Assembly: GCA_035506195.1 (NCBI GenBank)
Contig: DATJPV010000023.1
Coordinates: forward strand, 1,050-65,049
DNA length: 64,000 nt
Direction of reading: 5' to 3'
Origin: Patescibacteria group bacterium
GTDB taxonomy: Bacteria; Omnitrophota; Gorgyraeia; Gygaellales; Profunditerraquicolaceae
The notes beneath the pieces are model-generated. The model was not told the origin of the DNA, did not search any database, and was given only the letters and a program-made list of their open reading frames with translations. The translations under genes were made by a program, and so were the position numbers. How positions within the stretch are numbered: position 1 is the first letter of the stretch; every line of letters begins with the position of its first letter. Below are positions 1 through 12,379 of the stretch, piece after piece.

Positions 1-511
1 TGTACGGCAACTGTACGGCCGCCGCGTGAGCCCCTAATTTAGTATGCATCTGGGACAGGGCCTCAAAGAAATTGCTGCCGATCCTGTCCAGCTTATTAAC
101 GAATGCGATCCGGGGGACGCCGTAGCGGTCAGCCTGCCGCCAGACGGTTTCGGATTGCGGCTCGACTCCCCCTACCCCGCAAAAAACGGCCACTGCGCCG
201 TCCAATACCTTAAGGGACCTTTCGACCTCTACGGTAAAATCCACGTGGCCGGGAGTATCGATAATGTTGATGCTGCAATCCCTCCAGCTGCAGGTAGTAC
301 AGGCGGCGGTGATCGTGATCCCCCGCTCCTGCTCCTGGACCATCCAGTCCATAGTTGCCGTTCCCTCGTCGACTTCGCCGATCTTGTATGTCCGTCCGGT
401 ATAATATAACATGCGTTCTGTAGTGGTAGTCTTACCCGCGTCAATGTGGGCAATTATACCTATGTTTCGTATTTTGTCCAGCGCAATTTTACGTTTCACG
501 CTTGCTGCCAT
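1..511 (-). CDS. fusA: translation elongation factor G, N-terminal fragment (continues past window start)
   Basis: My own minus-strand translation from the ATG at 509-511 gives [51 protein letters not shown]..., which contains the G1 motif AHIDAGKTT. It follows rpsL-rpsG in str-operon order. It is absent from the ORF track because there is no stop codon in the window. Confidence 0.93.
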   Translation of the reverse strand, partial: MAASVKRKIALDKIRNIGIIAHIDAGKTTTTERMLYYTGRTYKIGEVDEGTATMDWMVQEQERGITITAACTTCSWRDCSINIIDTPGHVDFTVEVERSLKVLDGAVAVFCGVGGVEPQSETVWRQADRYGVPRIAFVNKLDRIGSNFFEALSQMHTKLGAHAAAVQLPY

Positions 512-525
512 CGGTTCACCCGTGA

Positions 526-996
526 TTACCATCTAAAGTGTGCGAACGCCTTATTAGCTTCGGCCATTTTATGCGTATCGTCACGTTTCTTTATGGCAGA
601 ACCTTCGCCCCTGTATGCCGCAGCGATCTCTTCCGCAAGCTTCTCTTCCATGGCCTTGCCTTTTTTGGTCCTGGCAAAATCCCTGATCCAGCGCAGGGCG
701 ATGGACGTACCGCGCTCCTGCCTTACTTCAACCGGGACCTGGTAGGTGGCGCCGCCTACGCGGCGAGGCTTGACCTCCAGGCGGGGCCGGGCATTGTCGA
801 TGGCCTTATAGAAGATCTTCAGGGGATCGGACTCATTAAGCTGCTTTTGCAATACTGCAAAAGCGCCATAGACGATCCTCTCGGCAATCGCCTTCTTGCC
901 CTGGTCCATGACCATGTTGATGAACTTTCCTACGACGGGGCTGTTGAATTTAGGGTCAGAGACAACTTTTCTTTCCTGTGCTTTTCTTCTTCTCAT
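526..996 (-). CDS. rpsG: 30S ribosomal protein S7
   Basis: 156-aa ORF with [22 protein letters not shown] and the C-terminal KAFAHFRW. It lies between rpsL and fusA. Confidence 0.98.
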   Translation of the reverse strand: MRRRKAQERKVVSDPKFNSPVVGKFINMVMDQGKKAIAERIVYGAFAVLQKQLNESDPLKIFYKAIDNARPRLEVKPRRVGGATYQVPVEVRQERGTSIALRWIRDFARTKKGKAMEEKLAEEIAAAYRGEGSAIKKRDDTHKMAEANKAFAHFRW

Positions 997-1012
997 GAGT
1001 AGGTCCTACTCC

Positions 1013-1411
1013 TTATTTGGCTTTCGCAGGTGCCGCGCTTTCTTTGGGGCGCTTGGCGCCGTATTTTGAGCGCGATTTCTTCCTTTGGTTTACGCCTGCA
1101 GCATCGAGAGTGCCGCGCACAATATGATAACGCACGCCGGGCAGGTCCTTCACGCGGCCGCCTCTGACCAATACGATGGAATGCTCCTGCAGGTTATGGC
1201 CTTCGCCGGGAATATAAGCCGTGACTTCAATACCGGTAGTCAGGCGCACCCTGGCAATCTTTCTTAAGGCGGAGTTCGGTTTTTTGGGCGTCATGGTACG
1301 GACTTGCAAACACACCCCTCTTCTCTGGGGGCATGCCTTAAGGGCCGGTGCCTTCGTCTTTTTCTTCTTTGAGATCCTGCCGATCCTGATGAGTTGTGTG
1401 ATAGTTGGCAT
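1013..1411 (-). CDS. rpsL: 30S ribosomal protein S12
   Basis: 132-aa ORF starting MPTITQLIR with [25 protein letters not shown] and GHNLQEHS, all typical of S12. Confidence 0.98.
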   Translation of the reverse strand: MPTITQLIRIGRISKKKKTKAPALKACPQRRGVCLQVRTMTPKKPNSALRKIARVRLTTGIEVTAYIPGEGHNLQEHSIVLVRGGRVKDLPGVRYHIVRGTLDAAGVNQRKKSRSKYGAKRPKESAAPAKAK

Positions 1412-1423
1412 AGGTAATAATCC

Positions 1424-4400
1424 TTAGGCTTTTTCCGCCGTCGTCAGCTCCTCTTCCTTGGGTTCATCTTTCTGCGCCTTTGCCTCCCTGACTAATTCGA
1501 TCTCGCGGTGCGTGCGAAAACCGGTCCCCGCCGGGATCAAGTGCCCGACGATAACGTTCTCTTTCAGGCCGAAAAGTTCGTCGCGCTTGCCTGAGGCAGC
1601 GGCATCGGTAAGTACGCGGGTAGTTTCCTGAAAGCTGGCCGCGGAAATGAAGCTTTCCGTGGTCAACGATGCTTTCGTAATACCCAATAACAGCGGCGTG
1701 GCCAACGCGGGTTTACCGCCTTTTTTAATAATCCGCAGGTTCTCCTTCTGAAATCTCCATTTATCTACCTGTTGGGTAGCCAGGAATTCCGTATCGCCCG
1801 CGTCTTCTATTTTTACTTTTTTAAGCATCTGCCTGATGATCAGCTCGATATGTTTGTCGTTGATGCGCACACCCTGCAGGCGGTATACTTCCTGCACCTC
1901 GTTGACCAGGTATTCCTGCAGGACCTTGTCGCCGCAGACCCTCAAGATATCCTGTAAAACTACCGGGCCGTCGGTGAGCTGCTGGCCGGCAACGACCTTA
2001 TCGCCTTTATAGACGTTGGGGTGCTTGCCGTGCGGAATCGCGTACTCTCTCTGCATGCCGGTGGGCGACTTGACGATAATAACGCGCTGCCCTTTCTTGG
2101 ACTCTCCGAATTCCACGAAACCATCGATTTCGCTGATGATCGCCGGGTCCTTGGGCCGACGCGCCTCGAACAACTCCGCCACGCGAGGAAGACCGCCGGT
2201 GATGTCCCTGGTCTTACCCACCAAGCGCGGAGTCTTGGCCAGAAGATCGCCGGCCTCAACCCGCTGCCCGTCCTTGACCAGGATGTGCGCGCCTATGGAA
2301 ATCGGATAAATACCCAGCACTTCTTCCTTATCATCCAGGATGAGTATCTGCGGATGGAATTCCTGTTTATGTTCGACCACTACGCGTTCGGTCAACTTGG
2401 TAACCGGGTTGAGCTCTTCGCGAATGGTTATCTCGTCTTTCAAATCTTCGTATTTCACCCGGCCGCCTACTTCGGTCAGAATGGGCGAGGTGTACGGATC
2501 CCAGCGGATGAACGCAATGCCCTTGGCCACCTCTTCCCCTTCGGGCAAGCTGATGAAGGAACCCTGCGGTACCGGATAACGCTCTAATTCCCTGCCTTGC
2601 TTATCATTGATACTGATGGACCCGTTCCTGTTCAGAACGACGAACTCTTTATTCTTGGCGGTAACGCGCAGGCCGTGGTACTTGATGACGCCTTTGTTCT
2701 TTGCCTTGATAAAGGATTGCGCAACGATTCTGGAAGCGGTACCGCCGATATGGAAGGTCCTCATGGTCAGCTGGGTCCCGGGTTCGCCGATGCTCTGTGC
2801 GGCGATGACACCGACCGATTCTCCTACCTCTACGATCCTTCCGGAACCTAAGTTCCTGCCGTAACATTTGCAACAGACGCCCCGGCCGGATTCACAGGTA
2901 AGGACGCTGCGGATACGTATCTTTTCTATGCCCAGCCTTTCGATCATCTCGGCTTTTTCTTCCGTAATCTCCGACCCCTGCTCGACAATGACGGTATCGG
3001 TAATAATGTCTACGATGTTATCCAGCGCGACCCTTCCGACGATGCGGTCCTTGAGACTGACCACCACTTCGTCGCCTTCGATGATCGCGGCTACGGTGAT
3101 GCCGTTAAGCGTGCCGCAGTCGTCTTCGACCACAATGACTTCCTGAGCTACGTCTACGAGCCTGCGGGTCAGGTAACCCGCATCTGCCGTCTTAAGCGCG
3201 GTATCAGCCAGACCTTTGCGTGCGCCGTGGGTAGAAATAAAATACTCCAACACCGTCAGCCCTTCGCGGAAATTTGCAGTAATGGGGTTTTCGATGATCT
3301 CGCCCGAAGGCTTGGCCATCAGACCGCGCATCCCTGCCAGCTGTCTTACCTGCAGGCGGGAACCTCGCGCGCCGGAGTCAGCCATCAAAAAGATCGGATT
3401 AAAAGGCTCCATCTCCTTGAAGAGAAGATCCGCAACGCGGTCGGTGGTATGCGTCCAGACGTCGATAACTTTATTATATCTTTCCCTGTCGGTAATGATG
3501 CCCCGGCGGTATTGTTCTTCGACCTTGGAGACCTCGGCCTTGGCTTCCTTTAAAACGTCGGCTTTGGCTGCGGGGATCTTCATATCGTCGATAGCAATGG
3601 ACATGCCGCCGTAGGTGGCAAACTGAAAACCTAATTTCTTGATATCATCTAAGAGCTCAATGGTACGGGTGTGGCCGAAGCGCTTATAACAATCCGCGAC
3701 AACCTCCCCGACCGTCTTTTTGTTCATTTCTTTGTTCACGAAACCGAATTCTTCCGGCAAGACCTGATTGAAGATCACCCGGCCGACAGTCGTCGTCACC
3801 ATCTGGCGTTCGTTACTGAGGTTTTTTTCCTCCAGGTCATATACCTTATACAACCGCAGGTTGATCTTTGCGTGCAGCTCGACTTCTTTATCTTCGTAGG
3901 CGATCAAAACCTCATCGGCGCCGCTGAAGGTCTTATTCTCCCCTTTGACGCCTGGTTTGATCTTGGTCAGATAGGAAACTCCGAGGATGATATCCTGCGT
4001 AGGGCTGACGATGGGGCGGCCATCGGCAGGAGAAAAAACGTTATTGCTGGCAAGCATCAGGATTTTTGCCTCCAGCTGAGACTCCAGCGAAAGCGGCACG
4101 TGTACGGCCATCTGATCGCCGTCGAAATCCGCGTTGAAGGCGGTACACACCAACGGATGGATCTTAATAGACTTTCCTTCGATCAGGACCGGCTGGAACG
4201 CCTGGATACCCAAACGGTGCAGGGTCGGAGCGCGGTTAAGCAGGACAGGATGGTCTTTAATGACTTCGTCCAGTATGTCCCAGACCTCGATCTTGCCGCG
4301 TTCCACCATGCGGCGCGCGCCCTTGATCGTATGCACGAAACCTTTTTCCCTTAACTTCTTGATGATGAACGGCTCGAACAGTTCCAGGGCCATCTGCTTA

Positions 4401-5491
4401 GGAAGGCCGCACTCATGCAACTTCAGATCCGGGCCGACCACAATAACGGAGCGCCCGGAATAATCCACGCGCTTACCCAGAAGATTCTGTCTGAAACGGC
4501 CCTGTTTGCCCTTAAGCATATCCGAAAGCGATTTTAGCGGCCGGTTATTCGCGCCCATGACCGCCCTGCCGTGCCTGCCGTTATCAAGCAGCGCATCCAC
4601 CGCTTCCTGGAGCATACGTTTTTCATTGCGGATAATGATCTCGGGGGCATTCAACTCCATCAGTTTCTTAAGGCGGTTATTACGGTTAATGACGCGGCGA
4701 TAGAGGTCATTGAGGTCGGAAGTGGCGAAGCGGCCTCCGTCCAGGGGGACCAGGGGCCTTAAATCCGGAGGTATCACCGGCAGGATCTCCAATACCATCC
4801 ATTCGGGCTTGTTGCCGGAAGCCTTGAAGTCTTCGATGATCTTCAAGGTCTTAAGGGCCTTGCGGTTGCCTAAGGCATCCTTGGATTTCTCCAGGTCGCG
4901 GCGCAATTTACGGCAGACGCTGTCAAACTCCAGCTCCTTGAGCATCTCCTGAACCGCTTCTGCTCCGATCTTTGCCTTGAAGTTTGCCCCGTATTTATTC
5001 AATGCCTCCTGGTATTTCTCTTCGTTTAAGAGCTCTCTCTTCTTGAGCGGCGTGTTGCCGGGGTCAACGACGACATACTCCTCGTAGTAAATCACTTTTT
5101 CCAGGTCCCGCAAGGTCATATCAAGCATCGCCGACAGGCGCGAAGGAACTGCCTTAAAAAACCAGATATGCGTAACCGGCGTTGCCAACTCGATATGGCC
5201 CATACGCTCGCGCCTGACCGAAGAGCGGTCCACGATCACCCCGCAGCGGTCGCAGGTGATGCCTTTGAACTTTATACCTTTATATTTACCGCAATTGCAT
5301 TCCCAGTCGCGCACCGGGCCGAAAATCTTTTCGCAGAACAATCCGTCCTTTTCGGGCTTGAGGGTACGGTAATTGATCGTCTCGGCCTTCTTGACTTCCC
5401 CCTTAGACCAGGATTTAATGATCTGGGAGGAGGCAATCTTGATCGCGATACTATCAAACAGGATTATTTCTTTAATCTCTTTTTCTTCCAT
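1424..5491 (-). CDS. rpoC: DNA-directed RNA polymerase subunit beta-prime
   Basis: 1355-aa ORF with the catalytic [12 protein letters not shown] motif, an N-terminal zinc motif (CNCGKY...CDRCGV), and a position after rpoB. Confidence 0.99.
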   Translation of the reverse strand: MEEKEIKEIILFDSIAIKIASSQIIKSWSKGEVKKAETINYRTLKPEKDGLFCEKIFGPVRDWECNCGKYKGIKFKGITCDRCGVIVDRSSVRRERMGHIELATPVTHIWFFKAVPSRLSAMLDMTLRDLEKVIYYEEYVVVDPGNTPLKKRELLNEEKYQEALNKYGANFKAKIGAEAVQEMLKELEFDSVCRKLRRDLEKSKDALGNRKALKTLKIIEDFKASGNKPEWMVLEILPVIPPDLRPLVPLDGGRFATSDLNDLYRRVINRNNRLKKLMELNAPEIIIRNEKRMLQEAVDALLDNGRHGRAVMGANNRPLKSLSDMLKGKQGRFRQNLLGKRVDYSGRSVIVVGPDLKLHECGLPKQMALELFEPFIIKKLREKGFVHTIKGARRMVERGKIEVWDILDEVIKDHPVLLNRAPTLHRLGIQAFQPVLIEGKSIKIHPLVCTAFNADFDGDQMAVHVPLSLESQLEAKILMLASNNVFSPADGRPIVSPTQDIILGVSYLTKIKPGVKGENKTFSGADEVLIAYEDKEVELHAKINLRLYKVYDLEEKNLSNERQMVTTTVGRVIFNQVLPEEFGFVNKEMNKKTVGEVVADCYKRFGHTRTIELLDDIKKLGFQFATYGGMSIAIDDMKIPAAKADVLKEAKAEVSKVEEQYRRGIITDRERYNKVIDVWTHTTDRVADLLFKEMEPFNPIFLMADSGARGSRLQVRQLAGMRGLMAKPSGEIIENPITANFREGLTVLEYFISTHGARKGLADTALKTADAGYLTRRLVDVAQEVIVVEDDCGTLNGITVAAIIEGDEVVVSLKDRIVGRVALDNIVDIITDTVIVEQGSEITEEKAEMIERLGIEKIRIRSVLTCESGRGVCCKCYGRNLGSGRIVEVGESVGVIAAQSIGEPGTQLTMRTFHIGGTASRIVAQSFIKAKNKGVIKYHGLRVTAKNKEFVVLNRNGSISINDKQGRELERYPVPQGSFISLPEGEEVAKGIAFIRWDPYTSPILTEVGGRVKYEDLKDEITIREELNPVTKLTERVVVEHKQEFHPQILILDDKEEVLGIYPISIGAHILVKDGQRVEAGDLLAKTPRLVGKTRDITGGLPRVAELFEARRPKDPAIISEIDGFVEFGESKKGQRVIIVKSPTGMQREYAIPHGKHPNVYKGDKVVAGQQLTDGPVVLQDILRVCGDKVLQEYLVNEVQEVYRLQGVRINDKHIELIIRQMLKKVKIEDAGDTEFLATQQVDKWRFQKENLRIIKKGGKPALATPLLLGITKASLTTESFISAASFQETTRVLTDAAASGKRDELFGLKENVIVGHLIPAGTGFRTHREIELVREAKAQKDEPKEEELTTAEKA

Positions 5492-5492
5492 A

Positions 5493-8400
5493 TTATTTAG
5501 TCTTCTCCGTCCGGATATCCAGACCCAAACCCTGCAATTCTTTCACCAGAACGTTGAACGATTCGGGTGTACCGTGAGTGAGCCGCTGTTCGCCTTTCAC
5601 AATCGCTTCATAGATGCGGGTTCTTCCAGAGACATCATCGCTTTTGACGGTAAGCATTTCCTGCAGCGTAAACGCAGCGCCATAAGCCTCCAACGCCCAA
5701 ACTTCCATTTCCCCCAGCCTCTGGCCGCCGAATTGGGCCTTGCCGCCGAGGGGCTGCTGGGTAACCAGGGAATAGGGGCCGATAGAACGGGCGTGGATCT
5801 TCTCGTCGACCAAATGCACCAGTTTCATGATATAAATATAGCCGACGGTAATCTGCTGGTCGAACTGTTCGCCGTTATAGCCGTCGTGCAGCGTCACTTT
5901 TCCGTTTTCCGGCAGGCCTGCCTTCTTGAGCATTTCCTTGATCTCTTCTTCGGTGGCGCCGTCAAATACGGGGGTGTCCACTGCAAGGTTAAGCATTTTA
6001 GCCGCCCAGCCAAGATGGGTCTCCAGGATCTGGCCGACATTCATACGCGAAGGAACGCCCAGGGGGTTCAAGACGACATCGATAGGAGTGCCGTCTGCCA
6101 GGTACGGCATATCTTCTTCGGGCAGGATCCTGGCCACCACGCCCTTGTTCCCGTGCCTTCCGGCCAATTTGTCGCCTTCGGCAAGCTTGCGCTTGGTGGC
6201 GATATACACTACCACTCTCTTGAGAACACCGGGAGGCAGCTCATCGCCGCGCCTGACCTTTTCGATCTCCTGCTGCTGTTCTGCCAACAACTCCTGGACC
6301 TGCTCGTCAAAAGAAGAGGCCAACATCTTTGCCTCTTCGTTATCGCTGAAATCTATCTTTTCCACCTTGCCCTTATCCACGCCCAGAAGCTGGCTTAAGC
6401 GGGTGATCTTTTCCGTCTGCACGAACTCTATTTCCTGTTTATAGTAGGCCTTAAGCTCACGGATCTTGGCCAATTCCTTGGTCTTTTCTTCCTTGGTCTT
6501 TCTGCCGCGGTCCTTGCGGGCGAATACGTGCACATCGACGACAAAGCCTTCCACGCCCGGCGGAACGGTCAAGGAAGTATCCCGCACATCGGAAGCCTTT
6601 TCGCCGAATATTGCCCTCAGGAGCCTCTCCTCCGGGGAAAGTTCGGATTCAGTCTTCGGGGTTACTTTGCCGACCAGGATATCGCCCGGCCCGACCTCTG
6701 CGCCGATACGGATAATGCCTGTCTCATCGAGGTTGCGCAGGGCATCTTCGCTTACGTTGGGGATATCGCGGGTCACTTCTTCGTTGCCCAGGCGCGTTTC
6801 GGTCGCCTCGATCTCGAATTCCTCTACGTGGATCGAAGTGAGCATATCTTCCCTGACGACCCGCTCGCTTACCAGGATGGCGTCTTCAAAGTTGCATCCG
6901 CGCCACGGCATGAATGCGCACAACAAGTTCCTTCCCAGGGCGAGTTCCCCGCCCCTGGTACATACGCCGTCAGCGATCACCTCGCCCTTGTCCACGTGGT
7001 CGCCCACCTTGACCAGCGGTTTCTGGTTCAGGCAGGTATCGGCGTTGGTGCGCAAAAATTTCTTGAGATGGTAGATCGACTTACCGATCACGATCGAAGA
7101 GGCATCTACGCTGGTCACCTTTCCGGAGTCCGTGGCTACGACAACGGTGCCGGAATCACGGGCGACCTTGGCTTCCATGGCGGTGCCTACCAAGGGGGAT
7201 TCACACACCATCAAAGGAACTGCCTGCCGTTGCATGTTTGAACCCATGAGCGCGCGGTTGGCATCGTCATGCTCTAAGAAGGGGATCAGCGAGGCAGCCA
7301 CTGAAACCAGCTGTTTAGGAGAAACGTCCATGTATTCGACCTGTTTGGCGGAAACCTTGACGTAATCGCTCTTGTGACGGCAGGCCACTTCCTTCTCGAC
7401 AAAATAGCCCTCGCTATCCAGAGGGACATTTGCCTGCGCGATCACTTTGTCTTCTTCGATGTCGGCGGTCAAATATTCGATCTTACGGGTCACGCGGCCT
7501 TCCTCGACTTTTCTGTAGGGGGTCTCGAGCAGCCCCAGGGAATTAACCTGGGCATAGGTGCTCAAAGACGCGATCAAGCCGATGTTCGGGCCTTCGGGCG
7601 TTTCTATGGGGCATATCCTGCCGTAATGGGACGTATGGATGTCCCTGACCTCAAAGCCGGCACGCTCGCGCGAAAGGCCTCCGGGACCCAGGGCGCTGAG
7701 CCTGCGCTTGTGGGTCATCTCGGCCAAGGGATTAACCTGGTCCATGAACTGCGAAAGCTGGCTGCGGGAGAAGAAATCCCTGATCTGGTTGGAAAGCAGT
7801 TTTGAATTGATCAAATAATGCACGCTTAAGTTGCTGAAGTCCCCCAGTATGCTTAAACGCTCCCGTATGGAGCGCTCCACCCTGGACAGGCCGATGCGGA
7901 TCTGGTTCTGTACCAATTCTCCGACGGTCTTGACGCGGCGGTTACCCAGGTGGTCGATATCGTCGATCTTGCCGACGCCTTCGTGCAGCTTGATCAAATA
8001 TTCCATGACCTTAATGACGGTGGATGAATCCAGGATCCTTTTTTCAACCGACACATCCATGTCTAATTTTCTGTTCAGGATAAAGCGCCCCACCCTTTCC
8101 AGGTCATAACGGGCGGGGTCAAAAAATAATCTATAGAATAAAGCCTCGGCTGCCTCTTTGGTAACCGGCTCTGTCGGCCGCATCTTGCGGTAAAAATCAA
8201 GATAGGCCTCTTCCTTGTTCTTGGTATAGTCTTTTTTAAGGGTATTGTGGATTTCTTTGTATTCCGAACTAAAGGCGGAAAGGATCTCCTGGTCGGTTGA
8301 GAAACCCAGGATCCTCAAGAGCTGGGTGGCGGGAAAGTTCCGGCGCCTGTCCACATAGGCGATGATGGTCTCGGACAAGTCGTATTTGAATTCAAGCCAG

Positions 8401-8897
8401 GCGCCCCGGTACGGGATGATGCGGCCGTGGAAAATCTTTTTGCCTGTGGGGTGGCTCTCCTCTTCGAAGGAAACGCCCGGAGAACGCTGCAGCTGGCACA
8501 CGACCACGCGTTCATCGCCGTTGATAATGAATGTGCCGGTATCGGTCATCAGCGGGATCTCGCCGAAATAGGCGTCCTGCTCTCTGGTCTCGTGGGGCGT
8601 GGTAAGCCTGAATTTTACTTTAAGGGCGGAGGCATAGGTAAGCGCGCGGCGTTTGCACTCCGCAAGGTCATATTTTGATTTACCGAGCGTATAGCTGATG
8701 AACTCCAACTTTACCGAACGGTTGGAGTCTTCGATCGGGAAGACCTCTTCAAAGACCTCCTGCAAACCGATAGACTTACGCTCCTGGGACGGGACGTCTA
8801 CCTGCAAGAACTCACGGTAAGACTCAAGTTGCAGATCCAGGAGATTCGGCAAATCGTAGATTTCTTTTAGCTTGGCAAAATTTTTACGCTTATTCAT
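5493..8897 (-). CDS. rpoB: DNA-directed RNA polymerase subunit beta
   Basis: 1134-aa ORF with RHGNKGVV and [14 protein letters not shown] motifs. There is a 1-nt gap to rpoC. Confidence 0.99.
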   Translation of the reverse strand: MNKRKNFAKLKEIYDLPNLLDLQLESYREFLQVDVPSQERKSIGLQEVFEEVFPIEDSNRSVKLEFISYTLGKSKYDLAECKRRALTYASALKVKFRLTTPHETREQDAYFGEIPLMTDTGTFIINGDERVVVCQLQRSPGVSFEEESHPTGKKIFHGRIIPYRGAWLEFKYDLSETIIAYVDRRRNFPATQLLRILGFSTDQEILSAFSSEYKEIHNTLKKDYTKNKEEAYLDFYRKMRPTEPVTKEAAEALFYRLFFDPARYDLERVGRFILNRKLDMDVSVEKRILDSSTVIKVMEYLIKLHEGVGKIDDIDHLGNRRVKTVGELVQNQIRIGLSRVERSIRERLSILGDFSNLSVHYLINSKLLSNQIRDFFSRSQLSQFMDQVNPLAEMTHKRRLSALGPGGLSRERAGFEVRDIHTSHYGRICPIETPEGPNIGLIASLSTYAQVNSLGLLETPYRKVEEGRVTRKIEYLTADIEEDKVIAQANVPLDSEGYFVEKEVACRHKSDYVKVSAKQVEYMDVSPKQLVSVAASLIPFLEHDDANRALMGSNMQRQAVPLMVCESPLVGTAMEAKVARDSGTVVVATDSGKVTSVDASSIVIGKSIYHLKKFLRTNADTCLNQKPLVKVGDHVDKGEVIADGVCTRGGELALGRNLLCAFMPWRGCNFEDAILVSERVVREDMLTSIHVEEFEIEATETRLGNEEVTRDIPNVSEDALRNLDETGIIRIGAEVGPGDILVGKVTPKTESELSPEERLLRAIFGEKASDVRDTSLTVPPGVEGFVVDVHVFARKDRGRKTKEEKTKELAKIRELKAYYKQEIEFVQTEKITRLSQLLGVDKGKVEKIDFSDNEEAKMLASSFDEQVQELLAEQQQEIEKVRRGDELPPGVLKRVVVYIATKRKLAEGDKLAGRHGNKGVVARILPEEDMPYLADGTPIDVVLNPLGVPSRMNVGQILETHLGWAAKMLNLAVDTPVFDGATEEEIKEMLKKAGLPENGKVTLHDGYNGEQFDQQITVGYIYIMKLVHLVDEKIHARSIGPYSLVTQQPLGGKAQFGGQRLGEMEVWALEAYGAAFTLQEMLTVKSDDVSGRTRIYEAIVKGEQRLTHGTPESFNVLVKELQGLGLDIRTEKTK

Positions 8898-8942
8898 GTA
8901 AGGTCGACCTTTTGTAGAACCCGCAAGGTTTTTTCGATACGC

Positions 8943-9338
8943 TTACTTTAACTCAACGGTGGCCCCGGCAGCTTCGAGCTTCTTCTTCATGTCTTCGGCT
9001 TCCTCTTTCGGAACGCCGTCTTTAATCGGTTTGGGGGCACCATCTACCAGGTCTTTGGCTTCCTTCAAGCCGAGGCTGGTCATCGTGCGGACTTCCTTGA
9101 TGACGGCGATCTTGTTGGCGCCGGCGCTCGTCAGGACCACGGTAAAAGCGGTCTTCTCTTCCGCGGCCGGTGCGGCGGCTCCTGCGGCGGCTCCTGCGGT
9201 CGCAGGCCCGGCAGCCATCATCGCAACGCTTGCCTTCACGTCGAATTTCTCCTCCAGGGCCTTAACCAAATCCGAAAGCTCAAGGACGGTCATGCCCTCG
9301 ATCGACTTGATTAATTCTTCTAATTTTTCACTTGCCAT
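8943..9338 (-). CDS. rplL: 50S ribosomal protein L7/L12
   Basis: 131 aa with an Ala-rich hinge and the C-terminal [39 protein letters not shown]. Confidence 0.98.
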   Translation of the reverse strand: MASEKLEELIKSIEGMTVLELSDLVKALEEKFDVKASVAMMAAGPATAGAAAGAAAPAAEEKTAFTVVLTSAGANKIAVIKEVRTMTSLGLKEAKDLVDGAPKPIKDGVPKEEAEDMKKKLEAAGATVELK

Positions 9339-9349
9339 AGCTCCTCCTT

Positions 9350-9877
9350 TTAACTACCTTTTTTTTGTTTGATTTGGTCAAGACAGATAACCAGTTTTTG
9401 CAATGTATTATGCAACACCATCACGAAGCCGGTGATCGGTGATTTTATCGCAATGACCGCCCGCGTCCTGAGCGTTTCTTTTGACGGCAGCTTTGAAATC
9501 GCCTCGATATCCTTGGTTTCCAGGAATTTATCCTGAAGCAGGCCGCCGGCCAGTTTAAGCTTATCGTGGTCTTTGGAAAAATTGAATAGCACACGCGAGG
9601 CCTCTACCGGCTCTTCCGGGATAAACACCAGGCCGCAGGGGCCTTCGATCGCCTTTACTATCGCCTCCACGCCGGTATCCTTCAGGGCGCGCCTGGCAAC
9701 GGAATTTTTGACCACAAAGACGTCGGCATGCGAGGCCTTCAACGACTGACGCAGGGCCGTGATATCGGGACTGGAAAGACCGGAATACTTAAGAATGAAA
9801 ACGGTGCCTGATTTCTTCAGGTACGCCTTAATGCGGTTTTCGGATATTTCTTTCACTAACAAACCGATCTTTTTCAT
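9350..9877 (-). CDS. rplJ: 50S ribosomal protein L10
   Basis: 175 aa, positioned between rplA and rplL, with an L10-like N-terminal region ([16 protein letters not shown]). Its start overlaps the rplA stop by 4 nt. Confidence 0.93.
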   Translation of the reverse strand: MKKIGLLVKEISENRIKAYLKKSGTVFILKYSGLSSPDITALRQSLKASHADVFVVKNSVARRALKDTGVEAIVKAIEGPCGLVFIPEEPVEASRVLFNFSKDHDKLKLAGGLLQDKFLETKDIEAISKLPSKETLRTRAVIAIKSPITGFVMVLHNTLQKLVICLDQIKQKKGS

Positions 9878-10554
9878 ATCACAAGCCTCAAGCCGGGATT
9901 CATAGTAGCCGAAATGAACATGCTCTTTACAAACTTGCCCTTGACGGAGGACGGTTTTGCTTCGGTCAGTGCCTCGATGACGCGGGAGGCGTTATCGTAC
10001 AGTTTGTCATCGTCAAAGGAGACCTTTCCCACCGACAGATGCACTCCGCCTTGTTTATCTACGCGGAACTCAACCTTTCCCTTCTTTACGTCTTGGATAG
10101 CCTTGGCGATATCATTGGTGACGGTGCCTGTTTTCGGGCTGGGCATCAACCCCCGGGGCCCCAGGACCTTGCCCAGGCGGCTTAGGTCTTTCATCATGTC
10201 GGGAGTGGCGATCGCACAATCAAAATCAAGGAACCCGCCGGCTACTTTCTCGATCAATTCGGTGCCGCCGACGTAATCCGCCTGCGCTTCCTGTGCGGCC
10301 CGTTCGTGCTCGCCTTTGCAGAACACCGCAACCCTGATCTTCTTGCCGGTACCGTGGGGAAGGACAACCGTGCCGCGGACCATCTGATCCGACTTCTTGG
10401 GGTCCACGTTAAGATTGAAATGGAGGTCTACCGCGCTGTCAAATTTGACGACGGGGATTTTTTTGAGCGCAGCGATCGCCTCCTTCAGTTCGTAGGTCTT
10501 ATCCCTGTCTACCTGTTTTTCGGCTTCTTTATACCGCTTGCTGCGCTGTCTCAT
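9874..10554 (-). CDS. rplA: 50S ribosomal protein L1
   Basis: 226 aa with the [11 protein letters not shown] and [15 protein letters not shown] motifs. Confidence 0.97.
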   Translation of the reverse strand: MRQRSKRYKEAEKQVDRDKTYELKEAIAALKKIPVVKFDSAVDLHFNLNVDPKKSDQMVRGTVVLPHGTGKKIRVAVFCKGEHERAAQEAQADYVGGTELIEKVAGGFLDFDCAIATPDMMKDLSRLGKVLGPRGLMPSPKTGTVTNDIAKAIQDVKKGKVEFRVDKQGGVHLSVGKVSFDDDKLYDNASRVIEALTEAKPSSVKGKFVKSMFISATMNPGLRLVI

Positions 10555-10558
10555 CGCA

Positions 10559-10984
10559 TTAACCCTCTACGGAAATGCCCATGCTGCGGGCGGTACCGGT
10601 AATAATCTTTAACGCCTGCTCCATATCGGAGGTATTCAAGTCTTTCATCTTCAGCTTGGCGATCTCTTCTGCTTGCTGGCGGGTTACCGTACCGATCTTC
10701 TCTTTGCCGGCAATACCGGAAGCCTTCGCCAGATTAGCCGCCCTCTTCAGGAGCACCGATGAAGGAGGGCTCTTGATGATGAACGTAAAAGTCCGGTCCT
10801 CAAAAACGCTGATGACTACCGGCAGGATGAGGCCATCCCTGCCCTTGGTTTGGTCGTTGAACTGTTTGCAGAACTGCATGATATTTACGCCGTGCTGGCC
10901 GAGGGCCGGGCCTACGGGAGGAGCGGGGTTTGCCTGTCCGGCGGGCACGTGTAATCTGATTTGCGCGGTTACTTTCTTAGCCAT
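10559..10984 (-). CDS. rplK: 50S ribosomal protein L11
   Basis: 141 aa with [30 protein letters not shown]. It starts 2 nt after the nusG stop. Confidence 0.98.
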   Translation of the reverse strand: MAKKVTAQIRLHVPAGQANPAPPVGPALGQHGVNIMQFCKQFNDQTKGRDGLILPVVISVFEDRTFTFIIKSPPSSVLLKRAANLAKASGIAGKEKIGTVTRQQAEEIAKLKMKDLNTSDMEQALKIITGTARSMGISVEG

Positions 10985-10986
10985 CG

Positions 10987-11514
10987 TTATACCTTCTCTA
11001 CCTGCCAGTATTCCAGCTCTACGGGCGTAGACCTGCCGAAGATGGAAACACTGACCTTTATTTTTCCTTTTTCCGGGTGCACCTCATCGATAGTCCCGTT
11101 AAAGTTCACGAACGGGCCGTCGATCACCCTTACCTGCTCGCCCTTATCGAAGATGATCTTCGGGCTGGGCTTGACGTTGGTCTCCTGGGATTTCTTGAGG
11201 ATACTGTCGATCTCGGTTTGCGGCAGCGGCATGGGCTTCTTTCCCAAGCCGATAAAGCCGGTCACCCCGGGCGTGGTCTTTACTAAAAGGTAGCTTTGTT
11301 CATTAAGTTCCATCTCCACCAGCAGATACCCGGGGAAAAATTTTCTTTCCGATATGCGCTTTTTGCCGGAACGAATCTCTGAGATTTGTTCGGTGGGGAT
11401 CACTACCTTATTGACAAATTCCTGGGCACTTTGTGCGGCAATCCTGTTTTCCAGCAATGCCTTTACTTTATCCTCTGCGCCAGTCTGTGTATGAACGACG
11501 TACCAGCTTTTCAT
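10987..11514 (-). CDS. nusG: transcription termination/antitermination factor NusG
   Basis: 175 aa with an NGN domain ([14 protein letters not shown]) and a KOW motif ([21 protein letters not shown]). It lies in secE-nusG-rplK synteny. Confidence 0.96.
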   Translation of the reverse strand: MKSWYVVHTQTGAEDKVKALLENRIAAQSAQEFVNKVVIPTEQISEIRSGKKRISERKFFPGYLLVEMELNEQSYLLVKTTPGVTGFIGLGKKPMPLPQTEIDSILKKSQETNVKPSPKIIFDKGEQVRVIDGPFVNFNGTIDEVHPEKGKIKVSVSIFGRSTPVELEYWQVEKV

Positions 11515-11702
11515 CTAAACAAGACACTCAATCCTTTGGAGAGCACAAGGTCGATAACGCCAATGAAGATCGCCATAATAAAGGTAAACGCGATGACGAC
11601 GCCCGTAGAGCCAACCAACTCCTCCCTGGTCGACCAGGCTACCTTCCCCAGCTCTTGCTTGACTTCTTTTATGAACGTGATCGGCTTTTGCAGCATGCTC
11701 AT
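11511..11702 (-). CDS. secE: preprotein translocase subunit SecE
   Basis: 63 aa with KEVKQELGKVAWSTREEL followed by one C-terminal TM helix. It overlaps nusG by 4 nt and follows tRNA-Trp. Confidence 0.9.
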   Translation of the reverse strand: MSMLQKPITFIKEVKQELGKVAWSTREELVGSTGVVIAFTFIMAIFIGVIDLVLSKGLSVLFR

Positions 11703-11736
11703 TTCTATACGATGATTCCTTCTGCTTTCGTTACTA

Positions 11737-11807
11737 CAGGAGCGGCAGGAGTCGAACCTGCAGTAACGGTTTTGGAGACCGTTGGTTTGCCATTAACCGA
11801 CGCTCCT
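11737..11807 (-). tRNA. tRNA-Trp (anticodon CCA)
   Basis: I hand-folded the reverse complement as follows. Acceptor stem AGGAGCG/CGCTCCT. Anticodon stem ACGGT/ACCGT with loop CTCCAAA. T-arm GCAGG-TTCGACT-CCTGC. No CCA is encoded. Confidence 0.9.
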
Positions 11808-11855
11808 ATGAACTATGTATCCGAACCACTGCAATCAAACAGCACAAAGGAAAAA

Positions 11856-12005
11856 CTACTTTATTTCTTTGTGGGGCGTGTGTTTCCGGTCAAACCTGCA
11901 AAACTTGCTGATTTCAAATTTATCCTGATGTTTCTTTTTATTCTTGGTTGTCGTATAATTCCGGTTCTTACAGGTCGTGCATTCTAAGGTGATGATTTCG
12001 CGCAT
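11856..12005 (-). CDS. rpmG: 50S ribosomal protein L33
   Basis: My own translation gives [49 protein letters not shown], 49 aa and so below the ORF-track cutoff. It has the L33 zinc-ribbon CxxC pattern and the classic position upstream of tRNA-Trp/secE. Confidence 0.92.
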   Translation of the reverse strand: MREIITLECTTCKNRNYTTTKNKKKHQDKFEISKFCRFDRKHTPHKEIK

Positions 12006-12114
12006 GTTTTTATCCTAGTTATCCCTGCGCTTAATCGCTTGAAGATTGCTACGCAATCTTCTGCACAAGCGCGTTATGAATTCTCATCTACTTAAGAACT
12101 ATAAGAGAATTCTA

Positions 12115-12187
12115 AGCTGGAGACGGGAATTGAACCCGTGACCCCGTCCTTACCAAGGACGTGCTCTACCAACTGAGCTACTCCAGC
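12115..12187 (-). tRNA. tRNA-Thr (anticodon GGT)
   Basis: The reverse complement is GCTGGAGTAGCTCAGTTGGTAGAGCACGTCCTTGGTAAGGACGGGGTCACGGGTTCAATTCCCGTCTCCAGCT. It forms a clean cloverleaf with anticodon loop TTGGTAA. Confidence 0.94.
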
Positions 12188-12331
12188 ATGCTGTCACAGG
12201 TTCGTTCTTCATCCTTAGTTTCTTGAGCGAACAAAAGTACTCCTGATGAAGAATTTAGGTAAAATTCTCTTTTTGTCTTCTACCTAGTTAAATAGGGAGA
12301 AATCTGAATTTGGGGATTATGTAAAAAGGTA

Positions 12332-12360
12332 AGTATATACGAAGAAGAAGAAATTGTCAA
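12332..12360 (-). promoter_or_regulatory. sigma70-type promoter for tRNA-Thr/rpmG/secE/nusG/r-protein/rpoBC unit
   Basis: The minus strand reads TTGACA, then a 17-nt spacer (atttcttcttcttcgta), then TATACT. It is preceded by an A/T-rich tract (aaaaatatttaaaaaaaaagg) that looks like an UP element, and it lies directly downstream of the rsmA stop. Confidence 0.6.
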
Positions 12361-12379
12361 CCTTTTTTTTAAATATTTT

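Noticed and set aside
5373-6398. A 341-aa plus-strand ORF, together with many 60-240-aa plus-strand ORFs across 1400-8900.
   Set aside because: All of them are antisense to rpoB/rpoC, so none is credible as an independent gene.
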